Below, piece after piece: positions 1 to 12,702 of a stretch of 64,000 nt of DNA. The position numbers and the translations under genes are program-made. Source of the stretch: Geosiphon pyriformis uo1. Taxonomy: Eukaryota > Fungi > Glomeromycota. The stretch lies in the NCBI GenBank assembly GCA_016748015.1, contig JAAOMT010000776.1, positions 617,496-681,495 of the forward strand, in the 5' to 3' direction. Numbering within the stretch: position 1 is the first letter of the stretch; the number at the start of each line of letters is the position of its first letter. Under the pieces are notes generated by a model. The model made no database searches. It was not told the DNA's origin and saw nothing but the letters and a program-made list of their open reading frames with translations.

Positions 1-511
1 AAATTTCGGCAATTTTTTCTTGGAACTTGGATTAAAGCAGATCAATCAAGTCAATGAAATAAAAATTTTTCTTTACCCCCATGACCATCATATACAGCGA
101 AAAAGCTATAGCCTTGATGTCCAGCCAATTCAAGCAAAGTTGTATGGGCATCCTCCATACCTATCGTCAATTAATATTGGTTAAGGATCAAAGTAGCACA
201 GAATATATATCTTTTGATTTATTACCATAATCTTGCACAAGAACAATCGCTCAAGGTAGATACAGTCAATAACATTAGTAAATTATATTTGCAAGTTTAC
301 TGAGAATAAGAACGGCCAAATGTGAAGACTCCTTTATTTCATTGTACAATTTAATCAAATCGAATTTAAATTGAGAACAACTTTTGTTTGATATCTGATA
401 AAGGATACTTATACGCCAACCTTGCATTGCCGAAGCAGCATATATAACACGTTGATCGCCTTCAGACGAACTTTGCTTCTCTTTTATCGGTTCAGATAGT
501 GTTTGACCCAT
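1..511 (-). CDS. PTC2: Protein phosphatase 2C (Ptc2/Ptc3-type), 5' part; continues beyond window start
   Basis: Exon 1 (511-409) reads MGQTLSEPIKEK...SAMQGWRI and exon 2 (160-77) reads SMEDAHTT...FFAVYDGHGG. These are the canonical PP2C motifs, separated by a GT-AG intron. Confidence 0.93.
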
Positions 512-2964
512 TTTTACTTCGAACTGTAATATAAAGATCACACAACCAAGTCAAGAGAGTATAACACACGTTCTAAAAAAAAAGGAAATCTTACAGAGTT
601 ACAAAGAGGTCAAATATGGGGACAAAGACAAAAGGATTCGTTTTTTATCGGAGAATGCGGCGATGACGTCCTGAATTCAGTTTTTTGTAACCAAACAAAA
701 ACTTGCAGTCAATCACATTTAAACCTGGATCTTAAATATATTTTAGAAAAACTTTTTTCTTTGTCTTGTAAATTCTATGTTTACAAAATTTTATAAAAGC
801 ATATTTCCTATGTTTAAGAAAATAAAGCTTTAATAAAAATAATTAATTAATTTAAATAACAAAAATAATAACATATTTATTAATTTTATCTAATTTAGAA
901 TTTTAAATAAATTAAGTTAATTTGTGTTAATTTTTAATTTAATAATTTATTTATGTTTTTATACAATAATAATAGCTTAAAAAAATAAAAAATAGTAAAA
1001 AATTCAAAATCAAAAAATCAAAAAAATCAATTAAAATTTTAAAATTTAAAATTTATTAAATAATATGTTTTAATTCAAGTTAATATAAGTAAAAACTTCT
1101 TTTTCTTCTATGTTTAAAATTCTCTAAAGAATAATTTTTTTGTAGTAAATTTGAAAGCTGTTTCAAATAACAATATGTCCAAGAAAAAAGCACTTAAAAA
1201 AGTCTTTTATGGTCTTGTTAATAGTACTTTTTCTCAAAAAAAAAGAGTATCTGTAAATAATATTAAGTACTTTAATGATAAAAAAAAATTTTTTTGGTCA
1301 AATCTGATTTTGGCAATAATATATATTTAGATATAGACAATAAATTAAGTGATAGTAAAATTAGTAATGTCTTAATAAGTACTATTAGTAGTTTTTTTTT
1401 GGCTTAACTGTAACAACTTCTAAAGTTAAAAGATTTAATACCAGCTTAAATTGTGGTTTTCTTATTAATACACTTAATTATGAAATAAATAAAAATAAAA
1501 AATCTTTTTTTTTTCTTTTAATATCTCTTTAAAAAAAAAGTGGATAGATTCCAAGATTGTAAAAATTCAAATAAAAGTATCTGTTAGAACATTTTTTGCT
1601 TTAAATATCAATCTTTTAGCTATTAAAAAAAAGTCAATAATAGTAAAAACTTAGGTAATTAAGAAACTTTTTTCAATAATCAATAGTTTTAAGAAGATTA
1701 TTAGATCAATATTTGTTTTAAAAAAAATATGAATAAGACTGTATTATTGGCTAAAAAAAAATTAATCAAAGTAAACAATAATCTAAAAAAACAAGGAATG
1801 TATTTAGATCAAATTGTGATAATCAAAAAAATTTTCATGAATATACTAAAAAAAATAATCATTGTTATAATATCTAAGTTTGGTCAAATTGTATTAATTT
1901 ATTTATAACTAATTAAATTGTGACAAAAAACTGTAATAGAATTTGCCAAATCAAGTTAAGCTAATTTGTTAGCATCAAAATAGTTATTTTTAATTAGAAA
2001 AAATTTAATACATGTGGCAAAATCTGTGGAAAATCATGATACTTGGATGTTAAAAATCAATTCAAGACTCTTTTGTTTATTTTTTCAATAGAAACAACTG
2101 CTTATAATTTTGGTGCTCTATTAAAAAAGACTAGTAAAAAAATCTGGTAATAGAGTTTGTTATATTGTAATTGGTTTTGAATTAAATGAAAACTAAAATT
2201 TGCTTTTTATATAGAGCCAATTTTTGGTAGTGTAAAACTCTTTTGGACTAAAATAAATTTGGTTTAATATAAAAAATATGAATATTTTAGTTATTTTGCT
2301 TTGAAGTATAGTGTTTCTGATTTTTTTACTTCTCTATTTTTGAAAATATTTAAAAAGTTTGTTTTAGATGAAAACTGCTTTTAGCTGGTCAAGTTGTATG
2401 CCAAAAAAAACATTTCTATCTATTGTTTTATTGTTTTTAGTAACAAATTATGGGCTTAAATAGTCTTGGCAGCTTCTGTTTTAAACAATTTGTTTTTTGG
2501 TTTTGGTTCTGGCTTTTCTCTTCTTAGTGCTTTGAATTCTAATAAAAAATTTCTTTCTATTTTACCAGATGATTTTTTTTTAAATACTTGTTTAATCTCT
2601 TTAAAATGTTTTTTAAAGTTTTTGGCAAATCAAGTATCTAGTATTATATGAAAATTAAGCTTTATAAATTTAGTATTTTTGGTACTTACTTCTCAATTCC
2701 TCTTTTTTACCATGTTTGTACTATTAAATTCAAATTTAAATTTAGATATAATTCTGAATAATTTATCTGTATTACTTGTTTTTTTTTAGTTGTAAATAAA
2801 AAGATTTTGGATTTGAATTTAAGTAAATCAAAAATTCTGACCACCAAAATAGATGGCTTGAAATTAAAAATGATGGCTTTTAAAGTTTTAATTAATTTAA
2901 TATTGATAAAGTTGGATTAGTTGTGTGCTGGCTCAGGTTTTTCTGTAATTGTTTTATTTTAATG

Positions 2965-4800
2965 CAATTAGAAAGATTTTAAATTTCGTAGATCAATTCT
3001 GGAATAATCCACAAAAAATTCTTGTAATCTAATTGGTGTTTAGCATTATTAGCATAGAGAATTTAATAATACTTTATTGATTAAATACTTCAAATAAAAA
3101 TCAAAACTAACAGTAAAAACATACTTTTATAAACACAAAGTTTCAGAATTCATAAGAATCTACACAATTTTACATAATAGTTTTTTATTAAATTGGATTT
3201 AAAATTATATCTTGCTTTATAATAAATTCCAAAGACTTATCTTGTTTATTTGAATCTTTTACCAGTGAATATGACAAAAGTCAATTAGTAAAATATAAGA
3301 CCAAAAAAAAGTCAAAAATAGCAACATGTATCAGTTAGTATTACAGCAGAAAAAATAATGGAAATAACTAAGTATCTTCCTAGATTAACTATATTACTTG
3401 ACTCTCTAAACAATTACTCTTTATGTAAAAGACATTATAATCAAATTATTATTAAAAAGTTTTTTATTAAACAAATTACTAAATTAAATAATTCAACTTT
3501 TTTAGATTTAGAAAAAACAGAAAGAAAAAGACCAAGACTTTCTAATGATAACAAGTTGTTAAAATTAGAAAAAACTTTTTCTGATTTTGAGTCTAAGTAT
3601 TTTTGTCAGATCCAATATATAAAGTTTATATAAAATGGATACAAGAGCTAGAAGATATTAATCAACAATTATTATCTAAGAATACAACATTAAAGAAACA
3701 ATTAGATAAAGCATTTAATAATCAACAAGATCATATTAAATTCATAATAGAAATTACCAAAAAAAAACAAGATAATTTGTATAATGATATAATAAGTTTG
3801 AAAAAAAATCATAAATGTTTTAGTCTAAACAGTTTTTTAAAGTATTGTCCTTTAATATGGCTTGCAAAACAAAATCCAGTCATTGTAAGATTTATTGAAA
3901 TTCTTACTCATAATGAAGATGAATATTAAAATGAAAAAAAAAACTTTTTAAATGTGCTGTAACAGTTAATGCTATATATGGATCAAGGCACTTAAAATAT
4001 GTTTCTGCTATTAATTTAGCCACTTTAGCAATTAAATATTCAGTAGCAAGATTAAAAATGGTCATTAATATTGATAATTATATTATAAATTCTGGTTGTT
4101 ATAAAAAGTTTATTAACTGATTAGAAAGTTTAACTATAAAACAGTTAAAGCTTTCCAAAGAATTTTTATTTTTAGTCTTTGACAATGAACAAAAAGGTTA
4201 AAAAAATTACTTAATTGGTGTGAAAACGTATTTATTGGGTATATATCAGAATCTTTATGCTTTGAATTTTATTACTGATCATATTTCTTTTCCTAAGGAA
4301 AGGTAAATTCAAACTCCATTTCCAGTTAATTTGCTCAAGCAATATCTTATTAACAAACTTGTTCCTGGAGGATCCCATTAAACCATTATTTTTACTTATA
4401 AGTCTGTTAATTTTTTCTTCCAATACAGAGAAAAAGTAATCTTATTAGCCAAATTTTGATCCAGAGTAACTTCATTAATACCTGCAACAACAGTTTTTAA
4501 AGCACTATCAGTTTCTGAAGCACTACTAGTCTCCAAAGCACCAAGAATAGCAGTATTGTACTATATGTCAACTATTATTAAAACTTTTATAATACCTACA
4601 AACAACAAGCCAAATATAATAGTTCTGTTATTGTTTTCTAATAGCAGTGGCAACTTATAAAGAAGAAGAGTAATTAAATATTGTAATATTTCAGAAATTT
4701 TGTTTAGTGTTCTATAATTATTTTTAGAAACTTCTTTAATTTTTTTTACTACCATAAAAAAAATAATTTCTATTGACAAATTGGGAAATTTTTCTAACTG
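2965..4800 (+). mobile_element. Internally deleted TIR DNA transposon of uncertain superfamily, with a 5-bp TSD
   Basis: The left end CAATTAGAAAGATTT matches the reverse complement of the right end, CAGTTAGAAAAATTT. Flanks are TAATG (2960-2964) and TAATA (4801-4805). An internal + strand protein relic (ORFs 3358-3929, continuing to ...VFDNEQKG*KNYL at ~4213) jumps to a C-terminal relic with CTIC at ~4560. Confidence 0.78.
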
Positions 4801-7800
4801 TAATAACTGATTTGATCTGAAAAATTGTTACATGTAATGTTTATGATATCAATATTTCTACTAAATAAGAAAATATAGTTGTTGGTATACAGAATTAAGT
4901 AATATAATCTCTATTATATGGAAACAAAGTTGAAGTTTAATATTAGATTATAAATAGCAAGTAAGTTTGCTAAGATAAAAATTTTTATATCTGGTTTGAA
5001 TAAAAGCTTTTTTAGTACTAAAGTGCAATTATTATAAACAATTCTTTGGCTTATTATGTTTTAAAAATAAAAAAAATCTTTGGTTAAATCATTTTAGTAC
5101 AATTTTTGTTTAAGAATAAATTATTAATTATGATTTTAGACTTATATATAAGTGCTTCTGTTAAGGCTAAATTTGGTTAAGTATTAAAAATTAACTTTTT
5201 TATTGCTAAAACTGTTAATTTCAGTACTTTTATAATATTGGGCAGAGATTTCAATAAAAAAAGTTCAAAAAAAAATGTAAGTTTTAGGTTTTGTGTGAAT
5301 TTAGACTTAATTAACTTATTTAATAGATATATTTTAGCCAAGAATTCTATTTAGAATAATTTTAAAGACATTAAAAAGATCATCAATTTTATTTTTGTGA
5401 ACCAAAATCTAGTGTTTGCAGTTATTAATTATGGGATTGACATTGTGTTTGAATTTTTTAATATTAATTAAAAAGCAGTTTCAATTATAGTTAATTTGAG
5501 TGGTCTTTTGAATATTTGTCTTAATAATAATTATAAGCAGACTAATAAAGATAAATAGTCATTACAATTTAAAAAATGGTTATTGAAAAAATTTTTGGGA
5601 AAAATAATTGATTTTAATAGTACAAAATATTGTGACAATTTAAATGCTATATGAAAAATTCTAAAGAAGATAATGGTAAGCTTGCTGATAAAATGTTTTT
5701 TAAATTTTGGTTTAGTAAATTTGAATGTTTAAAAAATAGACAATTATTTAGGTTTTTTAAGCTAAAATTGTTGATAGCCAAAATTATGAAGAATTTAAGT
5801 TCAAATCAAAATTCAAATACTGTTTATCTTATTAATATATGAACTAATATTAATAATAAAAAGGCCTCCAGATTGCATATTATGATTAAAAATAATGTAA
5901 GTTTAAAAGAAATTCTATATTATCTGTTAAGAATTAAGAAAAAGTATTATAAATCTAAATATTATAAATTCAAAATTGCTTGGAATGTTTTTATTACAAA
6001 AACTATTAATAAGTATATAAAAAATTTCTGTTCTAATAAGAATAAAATAATCAGAAGCATTTTGGATTAACTATTTCAAAAAATAATACTTAATTATCTG
6101 GTTGTTAATAATAATTTAATTCTAGAGCCATGTAAAATCAAGTTTATGATTAACATAATTATAGAAAAATGAATAAAATAACATATAGTGTTTGGTGCTC
6201 TGTTTAATAGATGATTTAAACAATATGATCTTCTGAATTATATCAATAATAATGCTTTCTCAAAAATAATATGTAATATTAAATTTGATAAGTTTTTGCA
6301 AATTGTCAAGAATTTACCTAATAAAAAAGCTATTGGTCTCTCTAATATTCTTAATAAACTCTAAAAACATAGTAATATGCAAGTTTTGAGTGGTTTATTG
6401 GATATTTTCAATGTATATTTAGCATTAAGCATGATTTCTACATAGTAGAAAAGAGCTTAGATTTTTATAATACTAAAGTCATATAATTAAAAAAAGATTC
6501 ATATAAATACCAGACCAATAGTCTTGATTAAAACAACTCGAAAAATTTTATTTAAGATTTTTTCAGATTGGATCTTTTTAGCTTGTAGTAATTTTAATGT
6601 TTTGTATAATAATAATTTTTTAGTTTTAAAAAACACATCTATTTAAATTCTGATTTTTGCTGTTGGTTTTATTATTAAAAATACATTAAAAAAGGACAAA
6701 AAGTTGTGGTTAGTTTTTCAAAACATACATAAAGCATACAATTTTATTGGGTGATATTATTTAAAAAACAGTTTGACTAAGATCAAGATATATTTCTATT
6801 TTATTATATTTTTTGAAAGTATATACAATAATTAGATCAACTAGGTAATAATAGATTCTGGGATTACAGAGAGGTATATTATTTACAATGAACTAGATCA
6901 GAATAAAGTATTTTTGTCTCTGCTATAAAAAATTTTTTGCAATTTTTTGCTTTGTAAAATTAAGAAACATGACAGTTTATATAGCTACAAATTAAATTCA
7001 AAATTTTTTACATAAATTAAAAAACAAGATTTCAAAAATAGCATAATATCTTTTTTGATAGCAAAAGCTTTTATAAATGATACAATTTGGATTGGAAATA
7101 ACATGGCCACTATTTAGCATATTCTGAATATAGCTAGCAAATTTTTTTAAATTAATAATATTTTAATTAATACAGATAGAACAATTGCCATACTTATCAA
7201 TTAAAAAGTAAAAGTTTTTTATTTAGTAATAAGTGAATTGGATATTTCAATAACTAAGAAGAGTAAATTATATAAATACTTGGATATTTTTTTGTTTACA
7301 AATAATTTTTCTAAACCAAGTCTTACTAAAGCTTATTTGGATATTAAGTTTTTTACAAATCTGGTTTTAAAGAAAACCATATCTAATAAGCAGTTTTTTT
7401 ACCTGATTTTGGCTGTTTTACAACCAATAGTTAGTTACAAATTACAATTTAGTCATGTTTTAACAAATGTTTATAAAAAATAGAACAGAATATTAAGGAA
7501 AAAGCTTAAATTCAAGACCAATTTACTTAAAATTTTTTTCAATAAAGCCATTGTTTATTCTAAATTATATGATTTAAAATCATTTAAATAATTTTAAGCT
7601 GAAAATTTTTTAACAAATTTGGTAATTTTTGTTAACTCAAAAAATATTCGTAGCAGATTGTTTGAATACAGAGCTATAGATTTGCAGATTATTAATTAAA
7701 TATCTTGACAATTTCTTTGCTTTTTAATTAAGTTATTAATTAATTATATAAACTACTTTTTAGTTGGTGTAATTAACACTCTAGTATTATGTATGTTATC

Positions 7801-9279
7801 TTTGAACAATAATATATTTAATATTTTCCAGATTAATAGTAGTATGGTTATTGCAGATGTTTTAAGCTTAAAATAGTATTTGAGTGTAATAAGTTTACTG
7901 AAAAGATTTGGTATTATTTTGCAAATTAGCTTTTGGATTATTATGACACATATTTTACATAAAGTATATTTTACAAGTAGAAAAAACTAAATTTTAAGGG
8001 TCTAGTTCCTAGTTGGTTTAGTTTATTGATCAAATTTATTAAGAGTAGTAGTCTAAATAGTAGTAATGCTTTGGTTTTTTATTCTATTTCTGTTTAATGC
8101 TTGGACAAATTTGGTTCTGTTTATAAATATCTTTTAAAAAGTGTATTTAATAGTATAGTTGTTTATACAAATAATTTGGTTAAGAGTTTGAGATTTGTAA
8201 ATACTTGTAATAATACTGTTGTCTACTTTTTAGACATTGACATAAATATAGGAATTAGGATAAACAGTTTGCTTTTTTAATTCTAATAAAACTATAGGCT
8301 ATTGCTCTTATTTTGAAATGTGTTTTTGTGTTTAGCTCAGTTGTATTATTCACAGATAGTCAGATATTATTAGATATAAGTATCTTAATTAGAAAAAATA
8401 TTAATCTTAATTTTTATAATAAATACTAAATAAAAAAAAAACATATTTATTATATTATTATGTCAAAAAATCTGTCAATCAATTAAAATAAGATCAAAAG
8501 TTATTCTGAAATTATTGACAATGAGCAGACTAATTTTTTTGCCAATACTGTCACCATATTTGATTTTACACTGTTTGTTAAAATGCCATATTGTTTTCTT
8601 ATTATTGAAAGCAAACTTGTCTCTAAAAATGTCCATTATTTTATTAGACATCTTTTTAAAGCAATCAGTATTGTTGATTAAAATTCCAAATGTGTTAATA
8701 ATATTGTGGACAAGTCTTTATATAACCTAATTAATATGTATAAAATTTTTAATATATAGTATCCTAATAGTCAAGTTTATTTAGGTTTTATTAACTTAGT
8801 TTCTACAACACTTCAATATTACTTTATAAAAACTTTACACTATTAGTTGCTTATAATTAAGAGAAAAAAATTATATAATTTAAGTTATTCTAATATGTTG
8901 TGTATTTAATATAAGTTAGTTGAGAACTTTGACAATATGTTTTCTTGTATTCACAATAACTATACCAAGTTGAATTTGATTTTAAAATTTATTGAAATAT
9001 GGACTGATTTGTTAAGTGTCTATGCTATTAACAATATAGTAATTCAGTCCTTGTATAAAACTAAATTTTCTAATTGTTTATATATGTTGTTGACTAAAGA
9101 CTTTATAATAAGAGAATAAGTAACAAACACAGTATATTTATTAAATAACAGATTTAATAATGTGTTGTTAGTTATTAACTTGGTTTAAAGTTTTGCCAAA
9201 AGTCACAAATCTATCATGTAATTGTTAACCACCAAACTGAGAATGCATTATAAAAAACATAATTTTTTGCCATATAATA

Positions 9280-10634
9280 CAAGGGAATATAAAAAATATT
9301 AGATACTTTTATAATATATTATATAAAAAAACTAACTTATGAATCATTAATTTTTTATTATTATATTAAAATACATGTTAGTATTTTGTTTAACTCCTAT
9401 TTGCTTCAAGAATAGCTTAAACTTGACATGATATAGACTTGATCAAATTACAATAGTAATTTACAGGTATTGCATCCCATTTTTCTTTAACCTACTGTTC
9501 CAATTGTACAATATTTGAGGGTTGTAAATTACATTGACAAAATTTAACTTCAATATATGACCAAAAATTTTCTATTGGAGTAATATTAGGATTTTGTGCT
9601 GGCCAAGAAAGTAATTCAACATTTGAAGAGATAAAAAAAGAATGTACAACTTTTGATGTGTGGATTGGTGTATTGTCTTCCTGAAAAAAAAACTTTTTTT
9701 TAGTTTTTTTTGCATAAAGTTTTACCATAGAAATTGTATAATTAGCCAAGGTTTTGTGGTATATAACTTCAGTAATATGACCAACCAAAGGAACTAAAGG
9801 ACCCAAACCAACCCATAAAAAACATTCCCAAAACATGTGACTAAAGCTTTTTCTAACTATAACTGTAATACAATTCTTATAAAACTCTTCAGAAGGTTTA
9901 CACCATACACATCCAAATTCTGTAGTTCTAAATTGTGTATATGTAGATTCATCTGACCAAACAACTTGTTTAAAATCTTCTACTGTTCAATTTTTATAAG
10001 TACAAGCTCATTGTAAACATTTTTCTTTATTTAATTTGAAAATTAATGGCTTGAAACAAGGAATGTACAAGCAAAGTCCTTCTTGAGCTAATCCATTTCA
10101 AATAATTTGTATAGAAATAGATTTGTTGATATCTTTAATAAAATTCAATTGTATTTGAGAAAGAGTTTGACAGCAGGTTTTTTTATTCTCCATTATTAAA
10201 TATTTGAGTTATTTACATATGTATTTGTCAAGAATTTGTGGTTGGCTTGTTTGTTTTTTAGGAAGTTTTTTTTAGCTTGTATGGCTTCCATATACATATT
10301 ACAGAAGAATGTGAACATTCAATAATTGTGGAAATCTTACTGTTTATATGTCCTAACTTTATTGCTGAAATAATCTCTCCTTTTTGATATTTAGAAAGTT
10401 TTTTTCCAAGACATATTTAATGTGGTAAATTTTTTCACAACAAAAATATTTTATATTTTATATATATGCATATAATCTACTGTTGTGTTTTACAAGGACA
10501 TGATTTATGTTAATTTGTAGATTATAACTATATGTAATTATAAAAAAATTATGGCTTAAATTGGTAATAGTATTACAATATATAGTCTTTTTTATATATT
10601 ATATTAAGTATTCAATACTTTTTATACTCTCCTG
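9280..10634 (-). mobile_element. Decayed full-length Tc1/mariner transposon (1355 bp)
   Basis: TA lies on both sides (9278-9279, 10635-10636), with 29-bp TIRs (consensus CAGGGGAGTATAAAAAGTATTGGATACTT). The transposase relic from ATG ~10414 contains VVWSDES, FQEDNTPIHTS and WPAQNPNITPIENFW (from SPDLNPIENLW), the DD34E-type motifs. Confidence 0.93.
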
Positions 10635-10686
10635 TAAGTTTGTAATTTTAGTAGTATTATTATGGTTGAAACTCATAATTTTTATT

Positions 10687-11300
10687 AGTTATCACATATA
10701 TTAGCCACTAATGTCATATAATTAGCCACTCTATTTTTAGATAGTGATCATTAACCTAGTCGCTGACTTGGTCATTGACCACTTTCATTAGCTATATAAG
10801 CAATGAGTCTCTTAGCAGTAGAAAATCATCTCTCAGACAAGAATTAAATAAATAAAAATAACAACTTTTATCTCAATCACTCTCTTATCACTAATTTCCC
10901 TTTCCCTACCTTCAAGTATCTGAACATTTTAGAATAAAAGATTACTTGTTGGCCTTTTCATGACATATATAATTGTAGTATTTGAAGATTATTTGTATAA
11001 ACATGACTGAAGAACACAAGTTGATACCTAATATTGAATTCTAAGAGCACCGACATGAAGCATAAAATTATACCAGTGGTGATCAATTGTTGACAGTACG
11101 AACTATCCTTCTACCTTCAGATTCCCTTGTTATCTTTTGAAAAGAATAGCGACTGAGATATTTTATAAGACTGATCTCACACATTAAATCCATACTCATT
11201 CAATTCACTCATTAAAGTTGAATCCCCTTTGATTATTTCCATCACCCTATAATCCTGTTCTCTCTTGCTATCTATTAGCTTGTTACTCCAACCCGTAACA
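10687..11300. mobile_element. Probable solo LTR inserted in the LINE A 3' end; relatively young
   Basis: The termini AGTTA...TAACA (TGTTA...TAACT on the other strand) match the LTR at 20301-20734. A TATATAA lies at ~10793 and AATAAA at ~10847. Several CpGs are retained, unlike the flanks. The TSD is not clearly resolved. Confidence 0.6.
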
Positions 11301-12702
11301 GTATCTATCTTAATATTCATATAATCTCTTAAAATAATTCATAATTTTGGTTTTAGATTGGATGTTTATATTTGTTTTGGTTTATATTCTTATTTATTTA
11401 GTGTATGTTTTAGTTTTTTGTGTGACTTTTTTATTGTAGATAGTTTAAGTGTATAATACTGTTTTAATTGGTCCAAGTAATTGGTTATATATAGAAAAAA
11501 CATGAGTTATATTTAATATAGAATTTTGTATGGTTTTATGATTTTAATTAATAAAAAAATAAAAATACAAGTAAAATAATTTCAAATTAAGCTAAATATA
11601 AATTATTATTATAAAAAACAAAACAATATTTATTTTAATAATAATAAAAATGTTCTTAAAATATTTAATAAAGTTATTATTATTAAAATAAAATTGTTAA
11701 TTTATAATAATATATTATAATTTATTATATAAAAAATCTAAAAAAAACAATTTTTTATTAATTTTTTACTTATAATAAGATTATCAAGATTTAAAAAAAA
11801 TTTTAATTTATCTATTTGTCTTTTTTTTATTTTTTCTTAACTATTTTTTTAATACAAATACTGATAAAAATAATTAAATATTATTTTCAAAATAATAAAA
11901 CTAAAAATAATATAAAAAGTATTAATAAAATATCTGATTTAAATAATTTAAAAAACATAATACTAGAAAAAACCAGTTATATTAATACAAATAGTTCAAG
12001 TAATAACAAATTTATAGACAAATTTACTTTAATAAACACTTATATTAAAGTTTATAATTTGATAAAGTCTTCTAAAAAATTATTTTTTAATATATTAAAT
12101 AATAATAAAATTCTTAATTTTTTATTATTAAGAAGATTTTAATTGATTTTTTAAATTAATTTTAAAATTAGCATTAATTAAATATAGAATTATAAAATTT
12201 ATTAAAATATAACTTATTAGTTTTTAAAAAAAAGTGCTAATTAAATTTAATAATATAGAAGTTATTAACTTAGTTGTTTTTAATAATCAATTTTATTGGG
12301 CAAAAATTTTATCTGTATAGTTAAAATCAATAATAATAAACAAATATAGAATTTAAGTAATTACTATCATATTTTTTTATATATTTTGCTAATAGGTACT
12401 ATTGTTCATAATTTTTTTAATCTTTTGTTGTCTTATAATAGAAAAATATGTTTTATTTTATAAAACTTTGTTTTATATATGTGTGTTTATTGTGCTGTTA
12501 TATATTTTAAGTTTATTAATATCAGGTATATTACTATCTGTTTAATTTTGATTTTCAAGGATATTAGCTTAATTTAAGCTAAATTGTTAATTTTTGTACA
12601 TACTAAATATAAAAATACAGTTATATTTTTAACATCTGTAAGTTAAGTTTAAGATTTTTTGGTTAAAATTTGAAAAAATTTTCTGAATTTAATAAAAAGC
12701 AT

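Larger units (their letters stand above)
930..11480 (+). mobile_element. Decayed near-full-length non-LTR retrotransposon (LINE A: ORF1, then ORF2 with APE endonuclease, RT, RNase H and C-terminal Zn motif), carrying three nested insertions
   Basis: ORF1 relic runs from ATG 1175 to ~2964. ORF2 relic resumes at ~4803 (xTDLI*KIVTCNV, endonuclease start). RT relic NTRPIVLIKTTRKI lies at ~6505, and RNase H relics VYTNN (from VYTDG) at 8161 and KIKSYSEIIDNEQ (from KVKGHSG..GNE) at ~8490. Stops are numerous and outer boundaries approximate. Confidence 0.82.
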
